Shown: in pieces, positions 23,042-34,030 of the stretch | Layout of the letters: each line of letters begins with the position of its first letter | Position numbering within the stretch: position 1 is the stretch's first letter | From: a virus | Taxonomy: Duplodnaviria > Caudoviricetes | DNA length: 64,000 nucleotides | Virus record (IMG/VR): IMGVR_UViG_3300002220_000322 | Span: 38,860-102,859 of that record | Strand: one strand, 5' to 3' | The notes under the pieces: generated by a model | What the model was told of the DNA's origin: nothing | The model's database searches: none | The model's input: only the letters and a program-made list of their open reading frames with translations | Position numbers and translations under genes: made by a program

Positions 23042-23584
23042 TTATAATTTAAAAGTTAATTCATGTATCTCTGTTGTGTCATCATCTTCAGTTAATAAAT
23101 CTGGTTCTATGTTTTCAGCCATTTCTTCAACCTGCGCTAAAGTTTTAGGTTCTGTAGACTCTAAAAAGAAGATTCCAGGTTTAAATTCTTTTAATTTAAA
23201 GGTTGTGCCATATTCTGCTAATACAGTATTTGCTTTACCTCTGTAAGTAACTGTATTTGATTTAGTTACTTTATTACCAGATCCCTCTTCTTCAAAAGAA
23301 AGATCTGATCCTATAATAGGAAGTCTAGTCTTGCCTACTTTTTCGTACTTGATAATTATTCTGTCCTCTGGCTTAACATCTAGATCTGCTGCACATTTAT
23401 TATTAAGTACTAACTTATTATCTTCCCTAATTAAAATAGCTTCATCTTCCATAACTATTTCTTTAGTGGGGGCTTTTTTAGTAGTTCTTTTCTTTTTTTC
23501 TATACCATCTACAAAGGTAGTAAGGTTAGAAACTAATTCGGTTTCTGGATCAAAATCGAATGTTACTGTTACTTGTTTAATCAT
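23042..23584 (-). CDS. hypothetical protein
   Basis: ORF in operon. Confidence 0.6.
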   Translation of the reverse strand: MIKQVTVTFDFDPETELVSNLTTFVDGIEKKKRTTKKAPTKEIVMEDEAILIREDNKLVLNNKCAADLDVKPEDRIIIKYEKVGKTRLPIIGSDLSFEEEGSGNKVTKSNTVTYRGKANTVLAEYGTTFKLKEFKPGIFFLESTEPKTLAQVEEMAENIEPDLLTEDDDTTEIHELTFKL

Positions 23585-25472
23585 TTAATGAAGGATAAAT
23601 ATTTTCCCAATAAGCAGTTATCTTGCCGGTTTCATTATCTTTAGAAGTCAACCTTAAGGTTTTTCCTGACAGGTGGGGCATTCTAGCACCACAAAGAACA
23701 GAATTCATATCTCCAAAATTAGCCATCAAATCCCCAGTTTCAATGTCTCTATAAACATAGCAGATGGCATCACTGGAGGCACTTAATATTCTACCTAATT
23801 TACCTGTTAAATCTAAATCTTTAACATTTAATTCTGTACCATTTTCATTTAAAGCTTTATCTTTTACGTGACCTACAAGAATAATATTAGGACATACTTT
23901 AGTAAACCAGCTAATTACATTTTGAATAGCTTCCCTAACGTATAAATACATTTTGTTAACTTACACTTTCATGTAAGATCAGACTATATCTTTAATTTTT
24001 TGTATGTGAATAAATATACCCATTATTTAGAATTTTATCCAATTTATAACGTAATCCTTCTTTTTTAAAACCTTCTTGTAATTCACAATAGCTTCTGGAA
24101 TGAAAAGTTTCTATAAGATTATAATCTTTATCATATTTATAAACCCTTTTTGCTCTAGCATTATTTTTACTAGCTTTTTCTTTTCATTCTTTAGATTTTT
24201 CTTTATTTTTAGCTCAATGTTGAGTTTTATAATCTTTACATGGATCATATTCTTCTTTATAAAGAAATACATAATCTTTTAAATAATTTAAAGTATGTTT
24301 ACATACTTTAGATATATTTGATGTTGTTATATCATAAAATTCAGCTGCTTCTGAAATAGAATTAAATTCTTTTTCTAGTTCTCCAGTAAATCTATTTACT
24401 GAAACAACTGCTTTACCTCTTGCTTTTTTAAAGTTTTCTATTGCTTCTTCATTTTGTTTAAAATGTACATAATTAAGACAAATATCTGTCATATTATATC
24501 CATTTTTAACACTATTATACTCTTTAATATATCCTTCTTCTATTTTTAACAATTCTTTTCTTTCTATACCATCAGGATAGAAATCAAAAATAATTATCTC
24601 AAAATTATCTTCTCCATGTTTATTTCATGAATTTTGAAGTTTTGTAGAATGATGTCTAGATTTTTTTAAATAAGTATAATGTCGTTTTAATCTCTTTATA
24701 ATAGATTCTGCTGAACCTATATAAATTTTGTTAGAAACTACATTTTTAATTCCATAAATTCCCGAATAACTTGGTAACTCTTTACAATTTTTAAATTTTA
24801 TCATTTTATTTAGTTTAAAATTTTACTTATGTAAAGTTACAAAAAATTATTCTAACTTTTCCCAACATACAAATATTGTTAGTATTTATATGTAAGTACT
24901 CCCCTGCCGAGGATAGTCGTTGAACCTTCAACCAAAAAAATTAATTTTTGGAAGCTTGGATGCGGATTTCCCAATTCTTTTTGATTTTACTATACCTTTC
25001 ATCGTTACTGAAAGCCATTATATATATTACTACTATAATTTAGTTAAAAAGACTCTAAGGGGTTTCCCGCAGTTAGTTAGAAATGAGCTATTAAATAACC
25101 CGCACCATTAGGAAGTTTAAGAATGTTTGCATCAGGACTAAAATTTACTCCCATTGGAGTGTCTCTATATAACTTATTTGCATAAGGAAGTACAATATCT
25201 TCTAAAGCTGTAATAGTATCAAGTATCACAAAATCAAATCTGCCTGGATTTTCTTTTAAAGCTTTAGCTATTTCAAATAATTTTAGGTAGCTGTCAGCCT
25301 TAACACTGTAAGCTTCAACATAATCTGTACCATCTTCTAAGTCAATATGAAGAGCTTTTGGTAAAAAAGAAAGAGCTGTAGTCTTTCCACACTTAGGCAA
25401 TCCAAAGATTATGAGATTTTTGGGATTTTCTGTTTTAATTTTAGTTTTTTCTTTTGGTAACTCGAAACTCAT
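23577..25472 (-). CDS. Sak4/AAA_24-like P-loop ATPase, spliced (exons 25472-25098 and 23948-23577)
   Basis: GLPKCGKTT, IDLEDG, ILDT and LVGH. Junction PNGAG|YLYVREA. Confidence 0.85.
23949..25097 (-). mobile_element. group I intron in the ATPase gene
   Basis: U|...G boundaries; R element near 24915 and S element near 23985. Confidence 0.88.
23992..24804 (-). CDS. intron-encoded GIY-YIG endonuclease, 270 aa, three in-frame TGA
   Basis: SGIYGIKN..YIGS..RLKRH..LQNS*NKHGEDNF, with NUMOD1-like repeats. Ends at TAA. Confidence 0.85.
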
Positions 25473-28400
25473 TATAATATAAATAAATTTTTAGATTCTT
25501 CTTCATCTTCATCACTCTTATAATCTAAATTTAAATAAGGCTCGTAATCTGATATAAGTTCTGGTTTAGGCAATTCAATAAACATACCAACCTCACCATA
25601 GAATCCTAATCCCTTATTAACGTCTGCCTGACCATATCTATTCTTAAGTAATTGACAAAGTCTAAATCTTTTCTTTAATATATTTTGAATAGGATATCCT
25701 TCACACCTGGCAATTTTTTCTCTATAGGGATAATATAAAGCTAATACAACGTCAGAGCCGTCAGTAGTACCAGAAGTATCTTTAAACACTATGTTATCTT
25801 GTAGGCTCTTTATCCTACAAATCTACACTTTTATATATATGTGTAGGTCAGACTATCTCTTCAATATCCTTTAAGTATTGATATACATAAGATATTGCTC
25901 CGCACTCGTGGGCCTTCATCTTCTTCAACATCACTTGTTAAGAAGGTATGACCTAGTCGTTGATCCTTCATTGTATTTCTACAAAGCTTGGATTAGGGTT
26001 ATCCTGTCGGACTTTCCCAGATTCACGAAGTTTAATGATGACTTTTATAATTTATATTTCATTGATTCAACAATATAAGGTTCGATTAATTTTTTAAAAG
26101 CTAATTTACTATCAGATAAAACATATAGACCATTTTGAGAATTAATAGAAGTATTAATATTAAATTTATTATATAAAACATTTTGTATAATATCCAAATC
26201 TTCTTTAGAAAAACTATGTGTACATAATAAATAACCTCCATAATCTTTATATTTACTTCCATCATCCATATACCAAATCGCAAGTCCAAGTGCTTCTATT
26301 TTCTCAAATAAATTTTTATTAATATATTTTACTTTATTTTTATAAAACATATCATAAATATTATTTAGTGCAGGATTTGAATTTATATACCAGTACCATT
26401 GTTTATAACTAGGATTTTGTAACCTTTCATCGTACTTATCTACAAGGCGAGGTTTCTTAGAAATATTTTTTAAATAATTATATTTAGTAAATATTAATTC
26501 TTCTTGTTCTAAACAATGATTGCAGGTTCCGGTGCAATCTCCATTATTATACCTTCTATATAAATGTGTATCTCCTAAAACAGTTCCTAACAATACTTGA
26601 AATTCTATATCAGTTAGAGGAATAACTTCTTTCTTTTCTTTATGAGGAGGTAAAGAAAGTTTATTTCTTCTTTGTATAATATATCCTACAGATGTATTTA
26701 ATTTTATAGAAATTTGTTTATCTGATAATTCTAAATTATAAAATTTTAAAAACTCTTCATTAGTAAAATGTCTTCTATCAACTTTAGCAAGATTTAAAGA
26801 TTTTCTAAAAAATCTTATTTTATCTTCTGAACAGTTGAATTCTCTTCCTATTTCAAGATCTGACATTTTTTTATTATAAAAAGTTAAAAATTTTTCTTTA
26901 TCTATTTTTTCGTAATTAGCTTTTGAATTAGATTTTAGATTTAATTTTTTACATCGTCTACTAGCCTGTGCAGCAGAAATTCCTGTTTCTCTGCAAATTT
27001 CGGCTTGAGTTAATCCTAAACTATGTAATTTTATAAACTCTTCGTCTGAAATAATCTTTCCTTTTTTTGTTGTTTCCATATTTATTAATTTTATTTTTAA
27101 CAAATTTAATAATTTATTTTTATAAAAATTAATAAATTTAAAGAAATATAAGTTAGGAAGTTCATAACTTTATTATTTTAATTCCTAACATTTTCTCTAT
27201 CATCAAGCTGATACAGTTCATAACCAGAAGTTTTTCTTTCCACTGATTTTGAATTTCTATTCATTTGTTGTATAAATACCCCAGTTAATCCACATTTATT
27301 TCTAAAATAAATTGCATAATCTACTGTTAAATCTATACGTTCTTTTTTGGTTCCTTGTCCACTTATTAAACCAACGTGGTCCCATAAAGCTACTTTATAG
27401 ATTTCAGGATCAAGTTCAACATAATCTTCTCTGTGGTCATCTATTTGTACAAAAGTTCCAAATCTTTTTAACCATTCTTTTAAAGTAGCATAAATACCAT
27501 TAGGATTTAATGATTTATCATAAATAGTTAAATGAGAGGCTATATCTTCAAGCCAAGGAATAGATAAGTCTACTAATTTTTTTTGTTCTTCTGATATAGG
27601 ACTTATAAGAGAAAGAATATCTTTATACGTAACAATTACACTATATTCATCCCAAATATGCCTAGATAATAGTTTAGCAAATAATACATCACTAGACATT
27701 TCAAAAGAATAATATAAAATATGTATTTTTCTATCTCCCCTATTCTTTAATAAATTATATACAAATATATCTAAAGCAAAACTAGTTTTACCCGTTATAT
27801 TGCGAATATACCGATTCCGTATATTCTCTCATACTTTCACATGAGACTAGACTATATCATCAAAGAATTGCTTCTTTGCCATCAGCTTCGAGTTCTCTTG
27901 AACTCTACTCCCTCTCCAGGGATAGTCGTTGAACCTTCTCCATATCATAAGACTTAGGAGCTTGGCTGCTGATTGCCACATAATATAATATTTTTAAACA
28001 TTTACGTTAAGAATTTCTTCATTCGTTTTAGTTATTATATCTTCGCGGGTTCCCAGCAATTCAAATGGTTTGCTATCATAAATGATAGGGGCTTTTATTT
28101 TAAAACAAAAATATCTGTTTTTAAATATACTTTTATTATTTATACAGTTTGTTATAGTAACTCTAGAGTTTGTATTTAATCCAATAGCCTCAAGAAAAAT
28201 TGAAATACTGTCAAAAAAAGAGTATGTTTTTTCAATTATATCTTGAACGACTAAAGTACTTCTCTTTTGAGGAGCTCTTGCCCAAATAAATTCTATTGGC
28301 TCAAATGACCAATATGAATCAAAAGCAGTAGTAGTCTTTCCTCAAAGATTTCTTTGTATAACAGATGTTGTGTTATTTGGAGTATTATAATGCCTATTTG

Positions 28401-29118
28401 CATCATTTATTACTTCTCATTCCTTAATAAGTTCTCCAGTAAATCTGTTATATTGATAACATTTCTTTGTATTAGTTTTTTTAATTAATCCTAACTCTCT
28501 TTTTTCTCTGAGAGTATTATTAATTTTTTGCCTAACTTCTTCTGAAATAATACAAGTATTTGCAATACAAGATATATTATAACAAATGTTATCAAATCTA
28601 TTGTCAATTTTATTAAAAAACTCTTTAGCTCCTAAGTTGTCTAAATAATTTTGCTCTATATCTAATAAATTTTTTACGTCACATTCTTCTAAAATAGAAA
28701 ATTTAAAATTGTCTTCTCCATACTTATTTCAAGCATTTTGAAGTTTTTTATTTTCATGTTTATTATGACGTAACAAAGCCTTGTGTTTTTGTCATCTTCC
28801 TTTTATATTTATAGAAGATCCAATATATGCTTTATTATTTACTGTGTTTAAAATTTCATATATTCCTATCATATTATTAAATTTATAAGTTATACAAATT
28901 TAACAAATGTGGATGATATAATCAGCAAAAGTATATTAATAAATAGTTAATTTATTGTTAAAAAATCATTAACCCGAGCTATCTGCTCCAATAGTATAAA
29001 GATATTTTCTCTGGATTCCATAAATAATAGAATCAATAACAGGTAATCCTGTACTTATTCCAATATTTTTTCCAAGACCTCCTCTCTCAATATTATGTAA
29101 TAGATTCTTAATTCCCAT
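25472..29118 (-). CDS. DnaB-like replicative helicase, three exons (29118-28972, 27792-27199, 25786-25472; 351 aa)
   Basis: Walker A GADSSG|GKTS, YSFEMS, WDH, QQMNR and QLDD|FKDTSG..DVVL, LLKNRYG. Confidence 0.88.
25787..27198 (-). mobile_element. group I intron 2 of the helicase
   Basis: U|...G boundaries; R element near 25955 and S element near 25855. Confidence 0.88.
26045..27079 (-). CDS. intron-encoded LAGLIDADG endonuclease with N-terminal HTH repeats
   Basis: LLGTVLGDTHL and LAIWYMDDGS. Start set at METTKK, downstream of the promoter box. Confidence 0.88.
   Translation of the reverse strand: METTKKGKIISDEEFIKLHSLGLTQAEICRETGISAAQASRRCKKLNLKSNSKANYEKIDKEKFLTFYNKKMSDLEIGREFNCSEDKIRFFRKSLNLAKVDRRHFTNEEFLKFYNLELSDKQISIKLNTSVGYIIQRRNKLSLPPHKEKKEVIPLTDIEFQVLLGTVLGDTHLYRRYNNGDCTGTCNHCLEQEELIFTKYNYLKNISKKPRLVDKYDERLQNPSYKQWYWYINSNPALNNIYDMFYKNKVKYINKNLFEKIEALGLAIWYMDDGSKYKDYGGYLLCTHSFSKEDLDIIQNVLYNKFNINTSINSQNGLYVLSDSKLAFKKLIEPYIVESMKYKL
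27793..28971 (-). mobile_element. group I intron 1 of the helicase (inside Walker A)
   Basis: U|...G boundaries; R element near 27925 and S element near 27855. Confidence 0.9.
27994..28872 (-). CDS. intron-encoded GIY-YIG endonuclease, 292 aa, four in-frame TGA (absent from the ORF track)
   Basis: MIGIYEILN..YIGSS..R*QKH..LQNA*NKYGEDNF. Confidence 0.87.
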
Positions 29119-29732
29119 TATAATAAATCAGAATTATTATATCCATTAACATTACCACTATTTTGAATATATTCTATTTCTAGATACTTCATGCTAGCTA
29201 TAAATTCTATAATTGAATAATTAATTAAGTTATGTTCTTTTCCAAACCTAAGAGCATTCATAACTCTTTCGTGGGTTACTCCAGAACTTTTTATAGACTT
29301 AGTATAATATAAACAGAAATCTTCTATAGAAAATAAATTAGCCTTGGTAAAATTCTTTATACTAAACATCTTACCGTTAATATTAATAAAAGGAGGGTAT
29401 TCATCAAATAATTCTTTACCTATCAAATTAGCTTCTCGAATATAAGATTTAAGAAAATTTTTATTTAATGGTATGTTTTTATAATTTAATGTTTCTCCCT
29501 CTTCGGGAATTTTAAAGGTAGCATTAATTACCTTTTTATCCTGTAAGGATTTTAAGACCGACCTAAATAATTGTTTTCCATTTGGTACATTTGACAAATA
29601 GTTGACAAGTAAATTAGTCTGGCCATCAATGGCTATAAATAGTAATCTTAGTACAAATAATTCTGTAGGTGTAAGACCACTATTAATATAGATATTTATT
29701 TCTTCATTTAAACTTAGCTCGAAATGTTTCAT
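29118..29732 (-). CDS. hypothetical protein, possible HTH replication factor
   Basis: Stop overlaps the helicase start. Confidence 0.55.
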   Translation of the reverse strand: MKHFELSLNEEINIYINSGLTPTELFVLRLLFIAIDGQTNLLVNYLSNVPNGKQLFRSVLKSLQDKKVINATFKIPEEGETLNYKNIPLNKNFLKSYIREANLIGKELFDEYPPFININGKMFSIKNFTKANLFSIEDFCLYYTKSIKSSGVTHERVMNALRFGKEHNLINYSIIEFIASMKYLEIEYIQNSGNVNGYNNSDLL

Positions 29733-29943
29733 ATATATGTTAATTTCGAACTACTTACTTATTTTGGTACTAATCCGTTACGGGATCTTTAGAAAATTGG
29801 GTAATTCGTATTGGTTAATAAATTCTTCTCTTAATTTTTTATAATCAGAATGTAATCTATCAAATAGCTTTTCATCTAGACTTTTACAATATACAACATC
29901 ATTAAGTAATGTATCTAGTATTAGAAAACTTAACTTTCTCTCA

Positions 29944-30240
29944 CTAATCATCGAATAAATCTTGTCCGTTATTATAATCTCGTTCTAATTCAGAAGGATT
30001 ATTTATATAATTGATTAGTTGTCTTAAAAGGATATCTTTGCTAGTGATAGCAAATGTTTGACATCCTACTTCAACTATATATCCTACATCACATTCCTTA
30101 ATGTGTATATTTTTTATCTTATATTTTGCATTTTTTCTAAATTGCCCAGGAGGACCTAGATTACCTGGAGTACCTGGAGTACCAATAGGACCACTAGATT
30201 CTGCTGAGGGGGCGTCAAATAAATCGTGTAGTGTATTCAT
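29944..30240 (-). CDS. small protein with a short collagen-like Gly-X-Y tract
   Basis: GPIGTPGTPGNLGPPGQ. Confidence 0.55.
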   Translation of the reverse strand: MNTLHDLFDAPSAESSGPIGTPGTPGNLGPPGQFRKNAKYKIKNIHIKECDVGYIVEVGCQTFAITSKDILLRQLINYINNPSELERDYNNGQDLFDD

Positions 30241-30242
30241 TT

Positions 30243-32667
30243 TTAAAGTCTAAATAATAGCGGACTTTCTTCCGCAGTAATTTCTGGATTATTTGTAATT
30301 TTTCCATCTAATAATTCATATAATTCTGCTTCAGTTATTTCTATATAACTTTTACCAGCAGTAGAGGTACTGTACCAAGACTCTTCATTAGTATTTTTGA
30401 TAACCAATGTAAATATCTCAGATTCTTTTCCTTCTTCATACCTTATAACTCTTCCTACCCTTTGAGTCTTTTGGGTTTTAGATGAGGTATTACAAAGGAT
30501 AATTGCTAAATTTAATCCTTTTATATCTACTCCCTCATCTAAACTCTTAGCAGTATGAATAACTCCCCTATCTAATTTAGAAAATTCTTCTATTGTTAGT
30601 CTATTTTTCTTTTTAGTTTTACCAGAATGAACAACAAAACCATTTCCTATTTTTTCTGCTTGTTTAATAGTAGCTGAAAAAGTTATTGCTTTACTATTAG
30701 GTCTAGAAGAAAGAATTTTCTTAGTAATTTCTATTTTTTTAGGGTGCTCCATAACAAACTGTTTTCTAGCTTTTAAAGACCTTAACCAAGAAAATGTTAT
30801 ACCATCTAACTCTTTAGCTCCTACTCCCATAGTTTTGGCATATCTTCTTCTGTAAATGATGTCAGTTACACATTTCATAGCCAGATTAAAATCATAATCA
30901 AAAAATGCAAAGGCCTCATTAAACTCTCTATTATACTCATAATAAATATGAATATCATCGACTTCTAATAATACTTTGTATTCTTTATATTGTGATAACC
31001 AATTATTTTCTGTAGCCTCTTTAACAGTAATAACATCACATACTGGACAATATTTAGAAAGTAAAATTTCTTTTCCATCCAATCTATTAAAAGTAGCAGA
31101 TAAACCTAAAACTAAAGATGGATTTTTTGCTTTAAATATTTCATGAAAAAGATCGGCTGCATAACGATGTACCTCATCAAGTATAATAAAGTCTATTTTT
31201 TCATTATTTTTAACAGCAGAATTTATTATCTCAACTTTTACATCAAAGTACAAGCCAGCTTTAGTAAGAGCTTGTAGCCATTGAATTTTTAAATGTTCTG
31301 TAGGAACAACTACTAAAATTTTAGTATTAATATTTTTAGTAAGATATCCCTTAATAGCCATAATAGCAGCAAAGGTTTTCAGTTATGTTATCCATAAGGC
31401 TTTTTATCCTTATGTTCTATAAATTCTTATTCTTTATAGCTCGGCGTACATTTTCACCTGTTCTAGGTGTTGGGCACTCTTGGAGAAATTATATTTATTC
31501 ATTCCCTACGCTCTACGATGATAACTAGCCTTTCGCAATCTAGTTATTTATCTCGGTATTAACCTCACAGCCTTTACCGATATTACCCAATAATAATTTA
31601 CTAAATTCCTTTAGTAAACGGCACTAAAAGGAATAAATTCTTTTGAAAAATAAATTTTATAATCTGAATTTTTTATATAATATGGATTATCTTTAGTAGC
31701 ATCAGTATGTTTATTTAAAGTAGATCTACTACTATTAACATAATCTGCACATTTTTTAATATCTTTATGATATTTAATATTTCCTAAAATATCTTCCGAT
31801 ATTAAATATTCTTTACTATCAGAATTACTAATCCTATATAAAAGATTTTTACATATATAATTTTTTGCTTCAATTTCAGAATTAAATAAATTATAAGAAA
31901 TACAATATTTGTTTTTATAAATTGAAGTATCTATTTTTTCTTTAGTACTATATTTAGTATTTAATTCTTTAAATGCTTCATTTAAATTATTACATTCCTT
32001 ATATAATAAAAATGTTTCTATATCATATATATAACATTTTTTCCAATTATGATTTTGTTTATAAGTTGTTATTTCTCCAGAATTGTATTTTTCTTTTAAA
32101 GTGTTAGATATTTTCTTTTTTTGTTCATCTGTAATGACTCTATTAAGATTTGCTATTACTTCATCTGAAAAATTATATTCTGGATTAATAAAATTTATAT
32201 AATCTTGTTCTCTAGTATATCTAGAGTTTTCATCACAAAATTCTAAAACAAAAAACATAAATTTATTTTCTCCATGTTTATTCCACGATGATTGTAAATG
32301 TTTATTATGTGATTTATTGTTTTTTAATAAACTTAAATGGGTTCTTAATCTGTCATATAAGTTTTTACTAGAACCAATATATCTTTTTCCATTTTCAACA
32401 TTCATTATACAGTAAATTCCTGACTTTTCATTTAATTCAATTTTTATATCCATATTTAATTTTTATTAATTTTTGTAAAATTACAAAAATATAATAAATA
32501 AAAACTATAAATTTTTATAAATATTAAATAAATGGTTTAAATCAGATTTATTTACTATACTGGTACCATCACACAGCACCTACCCCGGTACTCCAAGCTA
32601 AAGTGCCCCTACATCCAACATTAATCCATTTTTGAAGTCCTAGTTTTTGTCTTTCTGTTCTATCCAT
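30243..32667 (-). CDS. SF2 (UvsW/XPB-like) helicase, spliced (exons 32667-32578 and 31379-30243; 408 aa)
   Basis: STGVG|KT, VPT, DEVH, LSAT, LDEGVD and QRVGRVIR. Confidence 0.9.
31380..32577 (-). mobile_element. group I intron in SF2 helicase Walker A
   Basis: U|...G boundaries; variant core CGTAGAGCGTAG / AATGTACGCCG. Confidence 0.85.
31611..32453 (-). CDS. intron-encoded GIY-YIG endonuclease (no TGA)
   Basis: SGIYCI..YIGSS..R..H..LQSSWNKHGENKF, Trp encoded by TGG. Confidence 0.9.
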   Translation of the reverse strand: MDIKIELNEKSGIYCIMNVENGKRYIGSSKNLYDRLRTHLSLLKNNKSHNKHLQSSWNKHGENKFMFFVLEFCDENSRYTREQDYINFINPEYNFSDEVIANLNRVITDEQKKKISNTLKEKYNSGEITTYKQNHNWKKCYIYDIETFLLYKECNNLNEAFKELNTKYSTKEKIDTSIYKNKYCISYNLFNSEIEAKNYICKNLLYRISNSDSKEYLISEDILGNIKYHKDIKKCADYVNSSRSTLNKHTDATKDNPYYIKNSDYKIYFSKEFIPFSAVY

Positions 32668-33566
32668 TACTCAAAATTAGATACCGTTCTCACTTTATGG
32701 AACATTTCTTTAATATTGCCCTCTATTTTATATCTTTCAATACTAGTAGAAGATACTGCAAATTCTTCATTAACCATGTCCATATACATAGTAAATTGTC
32801 CTTCTTCTCCCATAAAAAATTTTTTCCAACTTTTAGGTGTAAAGAACCTTTTTACTTTAAGCTGCTCAATAGCTAAGTTATCAAAAGATAAATGAATTTC
32901 TCCTATATAATCTGATATTTTATTATACCATTTACGTTTAATATCCTTAACTTCTTGATTATAATATCCTATACCTCTTCCAACTTCTTTATAACCAAGA
33001 ATAAGGACCTTTTTAAAAGGAGTATTCTTTATTTCATCAAGTATATGTATATTATTTACTCCAGCTATTACATGTAAAACTACATTAGAAGGATTTTCAA
33101 TGACAGATAAATGTTTTAAATTAAAATCATCGGTAATAGAAATTCCAACTCCATATATAAGTTTATCATTTATTAGGTCGTTAAGAGTATCTTGCCATTG
33201 TAAGATATGCTTACTATTAATTGTCATATTAGGTACTAAACTATACCTTTTACATTCTTTTAATAATTTAATTTTTCCAGGATAATCTAAAGGATTTCCT
33301 CCTCCTAAGGCCAACTCTGTACCAGGAGGTAAATCTTTTATTATAGAAAGAAGTAAATCCAAATTTCCATGTCTTCCTCTTGTAGTAGACATTTCATGGC
33401 AAAATTTACAATTCGCATCACAATAGTTAGTTATCTTAATATCCATAGAATTTGGAAAAATAGGTATAGGAATTTCATTATCATCCCATTCCTGTACTTT
33501 AGTTCCGTCTTCATATAAAGACACTATAACATTTCCATTTTGATATTTATATAATAAATCTTTCAT
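32667..33566 (-). CDS. radical SAM protein
   Basis: CDANCKFC (CxxxCxxC) and GGGNP. Confidence 0.9.
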   Translation of the reverse strand: MKDLLYKYQNGNVIVSLYEDGTKVQEWDDNEIPIPIFPNSMDIKITNYCDANCKFCHEMSTTRGRHGNLDLLLSIIKDLPPGTELALGGGNPLDYPGKIKLLKECKRYSLVPNMTINSKHILQWQDTLNDLINDKLIYGVGISITDDFNLKHLSVIENPSNVVLHVIAGVNNIHILDEIKNTPFKKVLILGYKEVGRGIGYYNQEVKDIKRKWYNKISDYIGEIHLSFDNLAIEQLKVKRFFTPKSWKKFFMGEEGQFTMYMDMVNEEFAVSSTSIERYKIEGNIKEMFHKVRTVSNFE

Positions 33567-34030
33567 TCCCAGGATGAATATTTAATTACTATTTTTTTCT
33601 CATCATCATTTACAACTTTTAATAGATCTTCAAAATTTTCTTCAAAATTTCTTCTATTTATAAATATCTCATCGTAATTATCACTATCTAAAGTAAAATC
33701 ATAATCAAGAGGTAATATAATATCTGTTAAAGAGTAAATTTCTATTAACTTATGTATATAGAAATCCTTTAATGTAGGTTCTTCATAGAAAATATCTACT
33801 ATCCAATATACTACTAAAGCTAATTTCTTCTCTAAAGTATCACAATTAAGAGTATATCCAATACCATCACTATAATATACTACATAGTTTAATAATATTT
33901 TGGTGTTTAATACACCTTCCTTTAATATAGTATTGTCTTTGTTAATTATGTCCTCAATAGTTATACTATGGGAAGAACTAGAATTAGTTTCAAAAATTCC
34001 ATTTCTTATTGTTTTCATTAATGTACCCAA
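33563..34030 (-). CDS. ETNSSSSHS-motif protein coupled to the radical SAM gene
   Basis: IRNGIFETNSSSSHSI N-terminus; ATGA overlap. Confidence 0.65.
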   Translation of the reverse strand: MGTLMKTIRNGIFETNSSSSHSITIEDIINKDNTILKEGVLNTKILLNYVVYYSDGIGYTLNCDTLEKKLALVVYWIVDIFYEEPTLKDFYIHKLIEIYSLTDIILPLDYDFTLDSDNYDEIFINRRNFEENFEDLLKVVNDDEKKIVIKYSSWE

